A DNA stretch of 64,000 bases, taken from NCBI GenBank assembly GCA_013265495.1, contig MU058718.1, positions 3,796,081-3,860,080 of the forward strand, in the 5' to 3' direction. The notes under the pieces were generated by a model. The model saw only the letters and a list, made by a program, of their open reading frames with translations, made no database searches and had not been told where the DNA came from. The position numbers and the translations under genes are program-made. Origin of the DNA: Vicugna vicugna (Eukaryota). Each line of letters opens with the position of its first letter. Position 1 is the stretch's first letter. Below are positions 49,640-62,779 of this stretch, in pieces.

Positions 49640-52530
49640 ATTTTGATAAAGAACATGCAATCTTTACCATCTTAACCATTTTTAAGCACATAGTTCAATA
49701 GTGTTAAGCATATTTACATTGTTGTGAAACAGACCTACAGAACTTTTTCATCTTGCAGAGCTGGAACTTAACATCTATTATACAGCTTTTCCTCTTGGCA
49801 CCTTACCCCCAGCCTTTGGTAACCACCGTGTACTTCCTTTATTTATAAATTGGACTGTTTGGGATACCTCATAGAAGTGGAATCATATAGTATTTGTCCT
49901 TTTGTGAGTGGCTTGTTTCACTTAGTGTAATGTCCTCAAGGTTCATGCATCCATGTTGTAGCATCTTACAGGAGTTCCTTCCTTTTTCAAGGCTGCATAA
50001 TATTCCATTGTGCCACATTTGGTTTATCTGTTGATGAACATTTGGGTTGCTTCTGCCCTTGGCTATTGTGAATAGTGCTGCTCTGAATATATGAATATAT
50101 ATGTGTGAATAGTGCCCACGTACATGGGCATACAAAAATCTCTTTGAGATCTTCTCTATTTCAATATATACACCTAGAAATGGGATTACTGGATCATATG
50201 GTTGTTCTGTTTTTAATTTTTTGAGGAACTACTGTACTATTTTCTGTAGTGGTTGCACCATTTTATAATACCACCAACAGTGCCTCAGGGTTCCAACTTC
50301 AACACATCCTGCTACTACTTGTTATCCTCTGTTTTTTGGTTTTTGGGGTTTGTTTGGTTTTTTTTGATGGTAGATTTCCTAGTGCGTATATCTCATGTAA
50401 TTTTGATTTGCATTTCTCTGTTGATTGGTAATGTTGAGCATCTAGTTATATGCTTGTTAATCATTTGTATTTCCTTTTTGGAGAAATGTCTTTATAAGTC
50501 CTTTGCTTATTTTTAAATCAGGTTTTTTTTGTTGTTGAGTTATAAGAATTCTCTATATATTCTGGATATTAACTCATTATCAGGTGCTTTGCAGATATTT
50601 TCTCCAATTCCATAGATTGCTTTTACATTCTGTTGATTTGTCCTTTGATGAACAAAAATGTTTGTTTAATGTAGTCCCATTGGTCTATTTTTGCTTTTGT
50701 TGCCTGTGCTTTTGGTGTCATACCCAAGAAATAATTGCCAAATCCAGTGTAATGGAACTTTTCCTTTATGTTTTCTTCTTAGGAGTTTCATAATTTTGAG
50801 CCTTGAATTTAGGCCTTTAATCCATTTTGAGTTAAATTTTATATATAGTGGAAGATGAAGGTCTAACTTCATTCTCTTTATGAGGATATTCAGTTTTCCT
50901 AACAGTTTTTGTTTAAATGACTGTCTTTTCCTCATTGAATGGTCTTGACACCCTTGTTGAAAATCATTTGGCCATATATTTGTGGGTTTATTTCTGGGCT
51001 CTCTATTCTGTTCCATTGGTCTTTATGTCAGTAGCACACTGTTTTGATTACTGAAGCTTTGTAATACATTTTGAAATCAGGAAGTGTAAGTCCCCCAGCT
51101 CTGTTTCTCTTTTTCAGAATTGTTTTAGCTGTTTTGGGTCCCTTGAGATTCCATATGAATTTTAGGATGAGATTTTTCTATTTCCAAAAAAATGCCTTTG
51201 GGATTTTGATAGAGATTGTGTTGAATCTGTGGATTACTTTAGGTAGTATTGACATGTTAACAGTAGTAAGCCTTCTAGTCAATAAACATGGGATCCTTTC
51301 TGTTTGTGTCTTTTTAAATTTCTTTCAGCAATGTTTTGTATTTTTCAGTGTATAATCTTTTGCCTCATCATTTAGCTTCATTCCCAAGTATTTTTTAATG
51401 CAATTAAAAATGGAATTGTTTTCTTAATTTCCTTTTCTGATGATTCATTGTTAGTATACAGAAATACGACTGTTTTTTGCATTGATTTTGTATCTTACAG
51501 TTGACCCTTTTACAACATGGGAGTTAGGGGGACAAACACTCTGTGCAGCCAAAAATCCGAGTGCAGCTTTCAGCTATCCAAAAACTTAACTACTAATGGC
51601 CTACTATTGACCAGAAGCCTTACTGCTAACATAAGCAGTTGATTCACATATAATCGTATGTTACATGTATTATATACTACATTCTTGCAATAAAATAAGC
51701 CATAAAAGAGAAAATGTTAAGAAAATCATAAGAAAGAGAAAATACATTTGTAGTATTTATTGATACTGTATGTTTATATCATCTGTTTACAAGATGAATC
51801 ATCAGTACTGACATCAGTATTGTCTCATATGGCACAAAACACTGCAGATGTTATACATATTATTTCTAACCCTAGACATCAAAAATGAAAAGATAATATG
51901 AGAAAGAGATTTGTCTTTATTTGCAGGTGTAACAATTCATGCATTGATAATGAAGAAGCAGCAGTATGATTGCTTTATGGTAGCTTAAAGTCAGTAAAAT
52001 TGCTTCACACTGATAGTAGCCTAGCTATACACTAATGAGTGACTCATAAATTTTTTATGACATGCAGTATTATAGTTACATAATATAGTCTTGAAAACAT
52101 TGTTAAATTTTTTTAAAAACCACTTACTCGTTATAAGCTGAAATGCAGTTTCTCCAATGATAGAGAGGCATAGGGTACAGTAATGTAGTTCTTTGAAAGC
52201 AAAGTTATTAAACAGTAAGAAAACTAACACATTGTTAATTTTGTACTAATTATCACTCACCTTATGCCTGTGTAAGGATAGGTTGCCCACTTCAGTACGG
52301 TCTTACACACGAGGTTGTACACATACATTTTTGTATGCTTATTGAAAAAAAAATCCACGTATAAGCAACCTGCACAGTTCAAACCTGTGTTGTTCTGGGG
52401 TCAGCTTACAATTTTGCTGAATTTATTAGTTCTAACAGGTTTTTTGTGGAATCTTTAGAGTTTCCTACATATAAGACATGTCATCTGCAAACAGAGATAA
52501 TTCTACTTTTTCCTTTCCAATTTGGATGCC
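49640..52530 (-). mobile_element. L1MB-like element interrupted by a Tigger transposon
   Basis: tttaccatcttaaccatttttaagcacatagttcaatagtg 3' end; ORF 50666..51016 has ORF2-derived motifs; L1 sequence resumes at ~52409. Confidence 0.9.
51498..52406. mobile_element. TcMar-Tigger (Tigger2-like) non-autonomous DNA transposon
   Basis: Terminal inverted repeats cagttgacccttttacaaca ... tgttgttctggggtcagct, flanked by TA (51496-51497, 52407-52408). Confidence 0.88.
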
Positions 52531-53354
52531 TTTTAAACGATTTTTAATGACACAATGCTTAGTAAATATTGAGTGAAAATAGGTTGTGAAACTGTAGAGT
52601 ATTAGTCCAGTTTGTGTATATGGTGGGAGAAACTGTATAATTATTTTTGATAGGACTGAAAGAAAATATCAAAATGCCAATAGTGGGTGTCTTGGGATAG
52701 TGGATTTATGGGTGATAATTACTTTATTCTTTATATTTTTCTATATTGGCTGACTTTTCTAAGATAGGAACATTTATGGGATACAATAATAAGGAATGAA
52801 ATATAGAAGTTTTATTTAGCTTAAAAAAGTTAATTTCCATTATTGATTACCCATGTAGAACTAGACATATTTCAGATGATTTTCTGTCAATACTTACTAA
52901 TAATTAGAGGATTAAACTAGGAAATACAATTCAGAAGCATCATGATTAATACTTTTAATGTATAAACAAGCAGAAATACTTAGAGCAGATAAAAAACACG
53001 TAAACTAGTTGATAGTTGATGAAGTAACAATTGGAAAATCTTGCTCGGTAATATGCTTTTTGTGGAAATAATAAAATATGCTGACTTCTTGAAAGCTCAA
53101 TATATAATATTAAAAAATATTTTGCTGGTGTTAATCAACCTGATGGCCTTTCCCAATATATGGTGACATGAATGGGACAGAATTTTAGGAATTTAAAAGA
53201 CACACACAGTAGGTTTAGGGCTCTGGAATTGTAAACAGGGATCTACCACTTAATGACTGCATAACTTCAGGCAGGTTGCTAGGAGTCATACTACAGTGGT
53301 TCTACTGGGGGAAGGAGGATGTATGAAAATCACCTGTGGAAGTTTTCCTTGATA

Positions 53355-53442
53355 TCCTCAGGTTCTGCATCCTCAGATTCAGCCAACTGCAGATCAGAAA
53401 TATTTGGGGGGAAAAATTTCGAAAAGTTCCAAAAAGCAAAAT
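53355..53442. mobile_element. Short Tigger-type DNA transposon fragment
   Basis: ggttctgcatcctcagattcagccaactgcagatcagaaatattt...aaagttccaaaaagcaaaa resembles recalled Tigger subterminal sequence. Confidence 0.6.
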
Positions 53443-54639
53443 CTCTGGGTACTTGCATAGGCTTTAGTTAGTTACAGGTACTATTCTTTTGCGTTTGTTG
53501 GTCCAGTTTAACTTCAGGACTTTGACTTTCCTTTCCTTGAGTAGATGTAGCCATACTAGTTCGTAACTTTACCAGCCATGTTTAGGGTTACATTTTTGCT
53601 TCATGCATAAAACAAGGAGTATAGAATGGGGTTTTCCTGGAGTAAATTACCAGGAACTAGATGACAGAGAGAAATGAGGAAGAAGATTAAGGAAAATAGA
53701 TATATTTGTGAGAAAGAAAGATTGCCTGATACGGAATTAACTGTCAGGGTGTGAGACAGAACTTATATATTACGTGTGTCCACCTCCCTCTTTTCCCCAC
53801 CTACCCAAGGGTGTGAAGGGAAGTAGTGCAAAAGAAATAATTTTTAATCAAATAATTATGTATACTAGTAGCCAAATGTTAGTTGTCTGACAGGTGGTGG
53901 TTCTCCAAAACAGAATGAAGGTGCATTACCTTGGAATGGAAAGGTTGTGTCAAAATAAATAACTGATGTTACAAACTGTTTATCATTTAGATACTTATAA
54001 CTCAGGAAGTACTTATCCAAACAAAATTACTTAAAACAGAAACTTGCCTGATCGTAAGAATTCATTGAAGATTGTGATTCAGAGAGTAAAGCGTGAGCCT
54101 GGGAATCTCTATTATTAATGGTTGATTTTATGATTGGTTAAGAATGGAAAACAGTGCTTTATAGCATTCAATTTAAAATTTTAGTAGGATTAAATTAGCA
54201 AGTCTAATGCATAGCCCTTAATTTTATATAATAGTTGATAATACTAATAAAAACGTACTTTTTAGTTGTCCTAAGGGGTTTATTTTCATATTCCTTGTAA
54301 AATGAGCAACAACATATAGCTTTACTCAGTTCTCCATTTTCAGAATTGACATTAAAAGCTATGAATAAAATAATTATTAGATTTCTTTTTTAAATTGCTC
54401 AGTAGCCAGTTACTTTACCCTAAATTTATTATGGAAAAAAAAACACACAAAATGATGGATTCAAATTTTTCTAATCTTTTAAAATACACCAGTGCAGTAG
54501 AAACAATAATAATAATAATAACAACAGTTAAGTGATACTTTCTATGTATCTTAGAAATATTAACTTAATTCTCAAGATCATCTTCTGCGATTTAATTATA
54601 TCCTCATTCGTAGATGAGAAAATTGAGACACAAAGACAC

Positions 54640-56420
54640 ACAAAATAAGGAATAATGAATGCTAAAACCTAGAGAAATAGGCAGGATATTGAAGCAGGCT
54701 TAAATCTTGAAGAAACTGTTTTGAACCACATAAAATTGTGATTTGAGTTTTAGGTCCTTCACATAGGGCATAAAGGATAGGAGACAAAGCCCAAGACCCA
54801 TCCTAAGTGAAAAGCTACCCTGCAAAAAGCTGGAACCCCAGGAGGCTTTTTGTGTGGGTAAACAAGAAATTGCCCATCTCCCAACCAGGGATTACAAAAG
54901 ATATTACTTGTCTTGAATTGGAGTCACACTATATGTTTGGCTTTAAAAATCTTAGTTTTTTTTTTAGTTGCGGATATCTCCTGGGCACATCCAGCCACCT
55001 AGCAGAAGCTAATGTAATCTTTCCCCTTTAATGCAAGCTGCAAAGAATTTCCACACTTGAAGTTCTAAAAAATAGAGCTCAGGGTGAGAAATTACAGAAG
55101 ACACAAGGTGCCTAGAGCAAGAGCCAGCAGAAACAACTGCAGGATAGACTTATGAAGATACCAGATTTTGGAATTATATACTCTGTATATGATATGATTA
55201 GATAAATAAAAGACTGGTTTGAAATGAATAAAAGGTAATAAACTGTTGAAAAACAAGCAGATTTGAAAAATCTATGCAAATTTTCCTAGAAATGAAAAAT
55301 AATGATAGACTTAAAATTCAGTAAGTGTAACAGGTTAGACATAGCTGAAGAGGGAATGAAGAAACTATGTAAAATATAGCACAGAGAAATAGAGAAATGA
55401 AAAATAGGAAAAAGTATAAAATACATGGAAAATAGAGTGAAAAGATCTAAATTACATCTTCAGGGTAGGGATACAATTGGACAAAGGTAGTATTTTAAAG
55501 CATTTATGTTGAAATTTTTTCTAAAATTGACAGAAAACACCAAATATTTAAGAATTCCAGCCAGAATTAGTAAAAAGAAATGTGTATTTGCATATGTCGT
55601 AGTGAAACTGTAGAATACTAAAGACAAAAGGATCTTTAAGTCAAATAGAGAAGGACAATGTTAAGTGCAGAGGAAGGACTTTTAAGACTAACAGTGACTT
55701 ACCAAAGCGATGAAGGAAGAAGGCAATGTATATCTTCAAGGAGCTGAAAGAGAAGGACTGATGAAAATATTTTTCAATAATGAGGGCAAAGTAAAGGCAT
55801 TTTCAGGTAAAAACTAATGTGTCTGGCACAAGTAGACCCTCGCTAAAGGAAATTCTAAAAGATAAACATTAAGCAGAAGGAATGTGATCCCAGTTCGTAA
55901 GTCTGAGATGAAAAAAGAAAGGAAGAGCAAAGAAAGTGATAAATATAGGTAAATCTTGAAAAAGGAAAATAGACCTGTATAAAATAGCAATGTAAATGAA
56001 GATGATGTTTTGTGAGGTTCTAGAAAAGAACCAAAATTCTGGCCAACAATAGCACGTGAGTTGGAAGAGATAATTGAGTTGCTGCATTCTAAGGTTATTG
56101 TTTGTTTGAGAGGAGAATAAAGATATGAATTATGTGTAGTCTTTGCCATAGGAAAGTGTACGCATTAAAATTGCTAGGGTAACTTCTAAAGAACAGACAT
56201 AGAGGGTGTCATTTCCAAACTGGTAATGGAGGGAAAAAAGAAAAAGACAAAACAAACAGCAACAACAACTCAATCTAAAGATAAGAAAGGATAAAATAGA
56301 ACCATAGAAAAGAAACAGAAATCACAAAATAAGAGGTAGGTAGATATCCAAATATTTCAGTAATTACTGGAAAAATAAAAAACGGTTAAATGACCTAAGT
56401 GAAAGAAAAAGATGATCAGA
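54640..56420 (+). mobile_element. Old L1 5'/ORF1-like remnant
   Basis: A-rich decayed ORF1-like text (caggttagacatagctgaagagggaa; gtagtgaaactgtagaatactaaagacaaa; aataatgagggcaaagtaaaggcattttcag). Confidence 0.65.
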
Positions 56421-56539
56421 CTAGAGTGCTGTTTTTTGTTAAAGTACTGTTCATGGTGTTTCTGTTTTTTTAAATTAAAACAACACAGAGTGGTTTGAAA
56501 TGGAAAATAAGGTAAGGAAAGTAAGTTCTCCTGGCTGCA

Positions 56540-57080
56540 TGTCCTGATTCCCACTCATAGAGGTAGCTACTATTTTTTTGTTGTTTTCTTCCAGACATTT
56601 CCCATATACTGTTCTGCAGACTTCTTTTTTTGTCCTCTCACTTCACAAATATTGGAATATCTTTCCATGTCAGCATATATTGCTGTAATTTGTTCTTATT
56701 AATAGCTGCAGAGTGTTTCATAGTACAGATATACCATAATTTAATCCCTTATTGATGTACATTTTGGTTATTTCCACGTTTATTGCTGTTAGAATCAGTG
56801 TTGCAGTGAACATCTTTGTATGTATTGTTGGGTATATGTGTTCTGAAGTTTGATTGATAGTGCCAGATGGCTTCCAGAAAGGGTGATCAGTTTTTCATTT
56901 TCACAAGCAGTTTCTCAGTACTGTCTCCAAGCTTTGGGTATTTTCAGACTTTGAAGTTTTTGCCAATCTGATGGGACAAAAAAATGTCTTTAATTTGCAT
57001 TTCTTTAATTTGAGGACAAGCATCCTTTGTAAGTTTATTGGCCTTTATATTTCCTTTACTATAAAGTACCTATCCATCCT
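56540..57080 (-). mobile_element. L1ME-like 3' fragment
   Basis: atctttccatgtcagcata...ttttgccaatctgatggg...tttaatttgcatttctttaat. Confidence 0.7.
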
Positions 57081-60000
57081 TTTTTCTTAGCGTGCTTTTG
57101 AAGATATGAGAGTGGGATTATTTATGAAATACTTTTTGAAAGTTGATTTTGAAATTCCAAGATTCCTCTTCTCAGGATAATTTTTTAGTATTTTTGTGGA
57201 GTGCTTAGAAATGTCAGATGGAGCATACTAGTAGTAGAAATTAGTTGGTGCAGTCCAGAGGATTCCTTTCAAAGAATTATAGCAAAGTTCAGAGGTGAGG
57301 AATATGACATTGGTATTAGCTGTTATGTTTGGTTCTTCTTAGTCTAACGTCCGTGAAATGAATGTCCAGAAAATCTGCCTTTTGACTACATTCCCTAGAA
57401 ATCAGCAGTTCTTTCTCGGTTTAATCTCTTCCTTGCTCTGAGTTTATTTTTTAGCCCATGCTATGTTGGCATTCTAATCATAGGCCACACATCAATAAGG
57501 TAATTGTTCCTCTTTTGCTGGAAAGGGGGCAGAGTAGTAAGTACTTTGCCAGGGGCCTGGCAGTTATTCAACCTCCTCTCAGATACTCCCTTTCCAGTTG
57601 TCAGGATTTTTTTTTTTTTTTAACCAGTTGCAGTTGGAAAGTCAGCTGGGGCTATGATGCAGCAACTCCGGAGATCACTTTCTGATTTTGGATTAGGGCT
57701 TCATAGCGATGCTGTTTTTCTTTATGTCTTGGGCCAGGCATTCTAGACATTAGGATTATCCTTTTCTTGCTGTAAACTGCCCTGTTGTTTGAAGCAATTA
57801 TGTGACTCTTCTATGGCTCATTCTGTAAGCCTTTAAATTGCTGTAGGTCAGTAGAACAATTATATAATTATAAATATTGGTTTAATTTTATCTCAGTATT
57901 AAATTAATGATCTACCATATTATTTCAGGGAGGGATATGATGAATCTTACTGTTGCCTTTCATTTTCCCACAATCAGATTTTTAATACCTTTTCGTTGTT
58001 GTTGAAATTTGAGGTGCCTACTGCTTTTAATCATTGCCTAAGTACTATTTTTTGGGACCCATGTGATTGCAAAAACCCTTAAGAGGATATTGAATCCAAT
58101 TGTAATCCAGAGGACCTTTATTACACGTGAGGGGTGCAGCCAACTTACTCCAGTCTATTCCCAGAGTGTGAACACTTAAGACAACTTGCCGATAGCATCA
58201 AGAGGCCCTACGGTTCTAGTCTTTTGCCTTCCAAGACTTCTACTGTTTCCTTATTATGTCTTTACAGATTTCTTAAGTGTGGTGTTGTTAGAGTCTGTCT
58301 GAATCCTGTTTTGATGGACTGATTGTAGCAGATGCAGCTGGTAGCTGAGTAAACACTGGCATTGGCTAATTGTATCTGGAGCTAAGAAACAGAACAAAGA
58401 GCAGCCCTGAGAGTGACCCCAGACACTAAGGCTGTACCTTATAGAGGAGTATGTTGTAGGGGATTGGCTGCCCTCTTCAGTTAAAAATTGTGGTTTAGGG
58501 TTGCAGTGTGCTGCTAGACAGGAGGTGGCTTAGGAACTAGGGACAATGGTAGAGTTTGTCCACTTTTAAAATTTGCCCTTCAGGATCTTGCAGTGCTCAT
58601 TACCCTTATTAGCAAATCTGTCTCTGAATGTTAGCCTTGAAACGCTGTGGTGGAGGCTGAGATCACTGCTGTAGTGACCTTAACCACAGTCATTCATGGA
58701 CTCTTGTTCTAATACTCTACTTTAAACGTGGTTCTCCTGTAGCTAACAACTGACTCAGTCTCCATGCTTCAGATTTTCGAGAGACCAGATGTGATTAACT
58801 CATCCCTTTTTTTCTTTTTCAAGTCAGTTGTCCCAGCTCAGTACCTTCAGCAAGTAGAAGATCCCCGGCACACACAGTAGCTTCTGCTACATGGAGCCTT
58901 ACGAGGGCTGTGGACAGGCTGCCAGTGGTTAGTCCTTTAGGGAAAAAAGTCCTGCTTTAACACAAGTAGGAAATTCAAAAGAGAAAATTGGATTTTAAGA
59001 GAAGATATTGGTACCCCGGGGCATATTAAATTCAAGGTGCTAGCAAGGCATTCAGGTGAAAAATAGCAGGTACATAGTCAAAACTACAGATACGGGCTCT
59101 GTTTCTCAACTAGTCTAGACTGCTAGTGTGGTCATCCTTCCACTGCCAGGGTATGAAGAATGAAGCTTCTCTTCTTTGAGAAAATAACTTCTCAAAACCC
59201 ATTTACGCATCAACAACAGAGGTGGAGCCTACAGGCCAGAGGCCTCTGAACCTAGTGGATTTTATGCTGTATCTTAGTGAAAGGTAACAGTAGTCTGGCA
59301 TCACCTAAACAGAAGAATTAAATGAACGCAAATTTCAGGTCATTTTGATAAGACTGATGTAAGCCATCAAAGAGTAGCTACATCTGTGATAAATAACTGT
59401 ATTTAGTTTATCTGACTTTCAGGGTGGACTATAAAAATATTATCTTAATGTAAATGTGCTTCATGGTACAATTTCAGTTCACAGAAGATTCTACCCCTTT
59501 TGCATTAAAGTTTAAGGCAGAAGCATGAAACGGGGGTTTATTCACTGAGTTACGTATATTAAAGAAAGCACAATCCTCAAACACCTGAGTTATTAAGGAC
59601 CTGACCTGTTCTTGTGAATTCTAGCTTCTAACTACAGTCATTAATATCTGTCGCTTAGTCTCCCCAAGACCCCATCTTTCCTGGCAGACACCTCACATAG
59701 CTGCTACTGGGAGCACAGTTGTGATGTAGAATTCAGCTAATTTTCCTGAAAAAGTAGTGGTTTGTTACTTACAGTTTTAATTCAGCAATATTATTGACTT
59801 TTACAGGTTAGTTTAAGAATTTAGACATCATTAAGAAGTTAGGCACCATCTGTGAAAGTACTCCTGTGAGAAAATATGTTCTCAATCCCCAGACTTAACT
59901 GAAGAATTGTTCAGCACAGCTCAGGTATAAAACTTCTGTGCACATTTAAGTGAGTAGGTAGAAATCCAAAGTACATATTAACAAAATTAGGTGATTCTTT

Positions 60001-61842
60001 ACTCTTCTTTCCTTTGTAATTCAGGGCTTCTTGATTAAATGAAGGATGGGCTAGAATCTAGCCAGCTTGTTGAAATTAGCATGTATAAAGAATAATATTT
60101 AACAGTGTAGGGGAAAAGGCTTAGGTAGAGTGAGAAATACTGTAATGGAAGAAGCTCAGGAGAAGGAAGGAGGAACAGTTCTTTGTGCCCATGAGTGGAC
60201 AAAGGAACCCCCCGCATCTAGGTGGACAGGCTTTTTACTATAATCTTCAGGAGTTACTCCCCACTTCTGCCTCAGCTGATAATGGGGAACTTGAGATTAT
60301 CATCTATTTTGGATCATCACTGATCTCCTGTTGGCAGACTATTAAATAATTTTTTTCTTTTTCTTTCACTTTTTAGAAACTCTAGTGCTTGCTGAAATAA
60401 ATTTCTTACTGTAAAATATTGCCATGGTTGCACATATGTTTGTTATATGTAACCATTCACGGAATGCATGTTTCCCATTTTACAAATAAAAGCTAAATTT
60501 TCTTTAAAGATTTTCACTCAGATTTTTATTGTTAGAAGATTGTACCTTATTTATCTAGTTCTTTAAAATTAACAATTACTTAACTGAATTATCAGTTAAC
60601 GTTTACATGAAGGGATTGTTGAAAAGAGTACCTTAATGATTATAAATAAATTTGGTGTATCATACCTAAATTAAATATATGTATAAACCACATCAGTAAT
60701 GATTGATTCTTTAAAAGGCATTTTATGACATGGCAAAAATATTTAAAGCTTTGTTTTGATTCTGAATCAAAAGTTGTAATATAAAGGGGAAAATATCTGA
60801 TTTGTGTGAGGATTTTATTTGTTTATTTATCTAAGACCTAACTTCTGAGTTTTTCCTTCTTGGCCTTGTATGCTATTCTAAGATGACTTAAAGTTAGAGC
60901 TGGAGCTTATCTAAACATCACTGGTTTTAAACTTGATGTTGTTTTACCAAAGACCATTACAAAACACTATCTAATGAAAAAATCTTACGGTGATGTCCTA
61001 ACAAGGAACATTTTTGTTTGTATCTTTCTTGTCTCCAGCATGTAGTTGTGTTGCTATTGCATTTATTCTGTGTCAAATATTGTACTCAGTGCACTGCATA
61101 CTCTTTCTCACAGCATTTCCAACTGAGGGACTTGCACAGTCAGAAATTTAGGGGCATAAGAATCTGTTACAAAAATGGCCAGCAGCTGGTATTACCAAAC
61201 TGTAGGGAATGTTTAGGGAATGATAGATAAGGAAGCTAAATAGGTGGAAGGAATCCAGATGGTACTTAATGGATTCAACCGTGATTCAGAGGGTTAAATT
61301 GTCCAAAGTTACATTGCCAGGGAATAGCTGAGTTGGGAATTGAGTCTGGGAGTGTCTAATCCAGACCTTGAGCTTTTCTACATTATATTGCATTTACATA
61401 ATGCAAATGCAATCATTTTATCAACTCCTAAACCCCTTTTACTGGAGTAAACACCATTGCTAATGGAATATGAAGTTTCATAGTGACAATATCATTCTAG
61501 GCTGTATTCCTGTAATAACCACCAAATTCCCATAAATAACCAACATTTTATTTTTGTTTAACTTTTTCTGATTAGAAACTCAAACAGGTTTTTGATAGAT
61601 AAATTGGAAAATGCAAATCAAAAAAGAAAGCAAAATTACTTTAAATTTTACTGCCCAAATACAAACATCATATGTATTTTTGAGACTTTTTTCTATATAC
61701 CTATGTACTTACATAACATATATAAAATATCCCTTTTTCATTTAACATATCATGAACATATTTTAATATTTTCATATCAAAACATGTTTTAACTGTACTG
61801 TAATATCTATGACTGTACCATAAGTTATTTAAGCATTTCATT

Positions 61843-61897
61843 TTTTTTACTGAGTTATAGTCATTTTACAGTGTGTCAATTTCTGGTGTACAGCACA
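61843..61897 (-). mobile_element. 55-bp L1 3'-end insertion
   Basis: ttttttactgagttatagtcattttacagtgtgtcaatttctggtgtacagcaca, similar to the element at 23550, flanked by catttcatt on both sides. Confidence 0.8.
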
Positions 61898-62170
61898 CAT
61901 TTCATTATTAAGTAACATTATAGAGAATATCATCTCTGCATATCTCAAGAAAATAAATTTTGAAGTGAAATTATGAGTTCTAAGATTTTATACATGTTTA
62001 AGGCTTCTGGTTTATAGAAAGAATGTAGTGGTTTACATTCCCATTAAAATATTTGAGAATGCCTAATTCCTCATCTTTATCTAATACTTACTGTAAAGTT
62101 TTCCTTCCTTCTTCCCACTTAGACTCAAAATGTAACATGGTGATCAAGTTACTATCATTTTGTTTTATAG

Positions 62171-62261
62171 GAGATGATTTTTCTTTGATTCAGCAAGAGA
62201 TATTTATGGTTAAAGAATGTAAGCATTGCAACATAGTTGCCTATTTTGGGAGCTATCTCAG
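62171..62261 (+). CDS. MAP4K5: MAP4K5 coding exon 3, 91 nt
   Basis: tgttttatag|GA GAT...CTC AG|gtaaaa = (G)[29 protein letters not shown](S), alphaC-helix region; phases 1/2. Confidence 0.96.
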
Positions 62262-62714
62262 GTAAAAAAATAAAAAGCTTCTACTCTTTTTGTATTTTAT
62301 ATTTCTTTACTACCACTCTCCCTCCCTTTCATGTAAGTGCTGTTTTGTATGTAAATTTTTAAAATTACTTGCCTAAAGTTCTAAAATTTCTTAGGTTTTC
62401 TTTTTGTCTCCCCTGTTGTATTAATAATGACAGCTTCATTTATGCATGTATACCTTATCTGTCAACCTTAATGAAAGAGTATGAATGATTACAAGTTAAG
62501 TGTTCTAGCTTATAAAACCAATCATATTCTAAACAATTTAAGGTGGGAACAAAACTGAAATTAATATGCTTTTCTGTATCTTGAAGAAAGACTGCCAGGG
62601 CCATTTCCTGTTGCATTGTGCCGTCTGTCCTAAACGTGTGCTGAAGAGTGAATGCCTTCAAAGTTTGTCAGTGGTTGAAAAGTACTAACTAATTTTCTTT
62701 CTTTTTCATACTAG

Positions 62715-62779
62715 TCGGGAAAAACTGTGGATTTGTATGGAATACTGTGGTGGTGGATCACTTCAAGATATTTACCATG
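62715..62779 (+). CDS. MAP4K5: MAP4K5 coding exon 4, 65 nt
   Basis: ttttcatactag|T CGG...CAT G|gtactg = (S)[21 protein letters not shown], the kinase hinge MEYCGGGSL; the gene continues beyond the window. Confidence 0.96.

Noticed and set aside
57100..58700. Possible very ancient LINE (RTE-X/L4 or CR1-like) or conserved non-coding block
   Set aside because: The composition is suggestive but I could not read a diagnostic motif; needs a Dfam search.
62053..62170. N-terminal extension of ORF 62053..62265 as an alternative start
   Set aside because: Starts at a non-ATG codon in intronic sequence; homology begins only after the AG at 62170.
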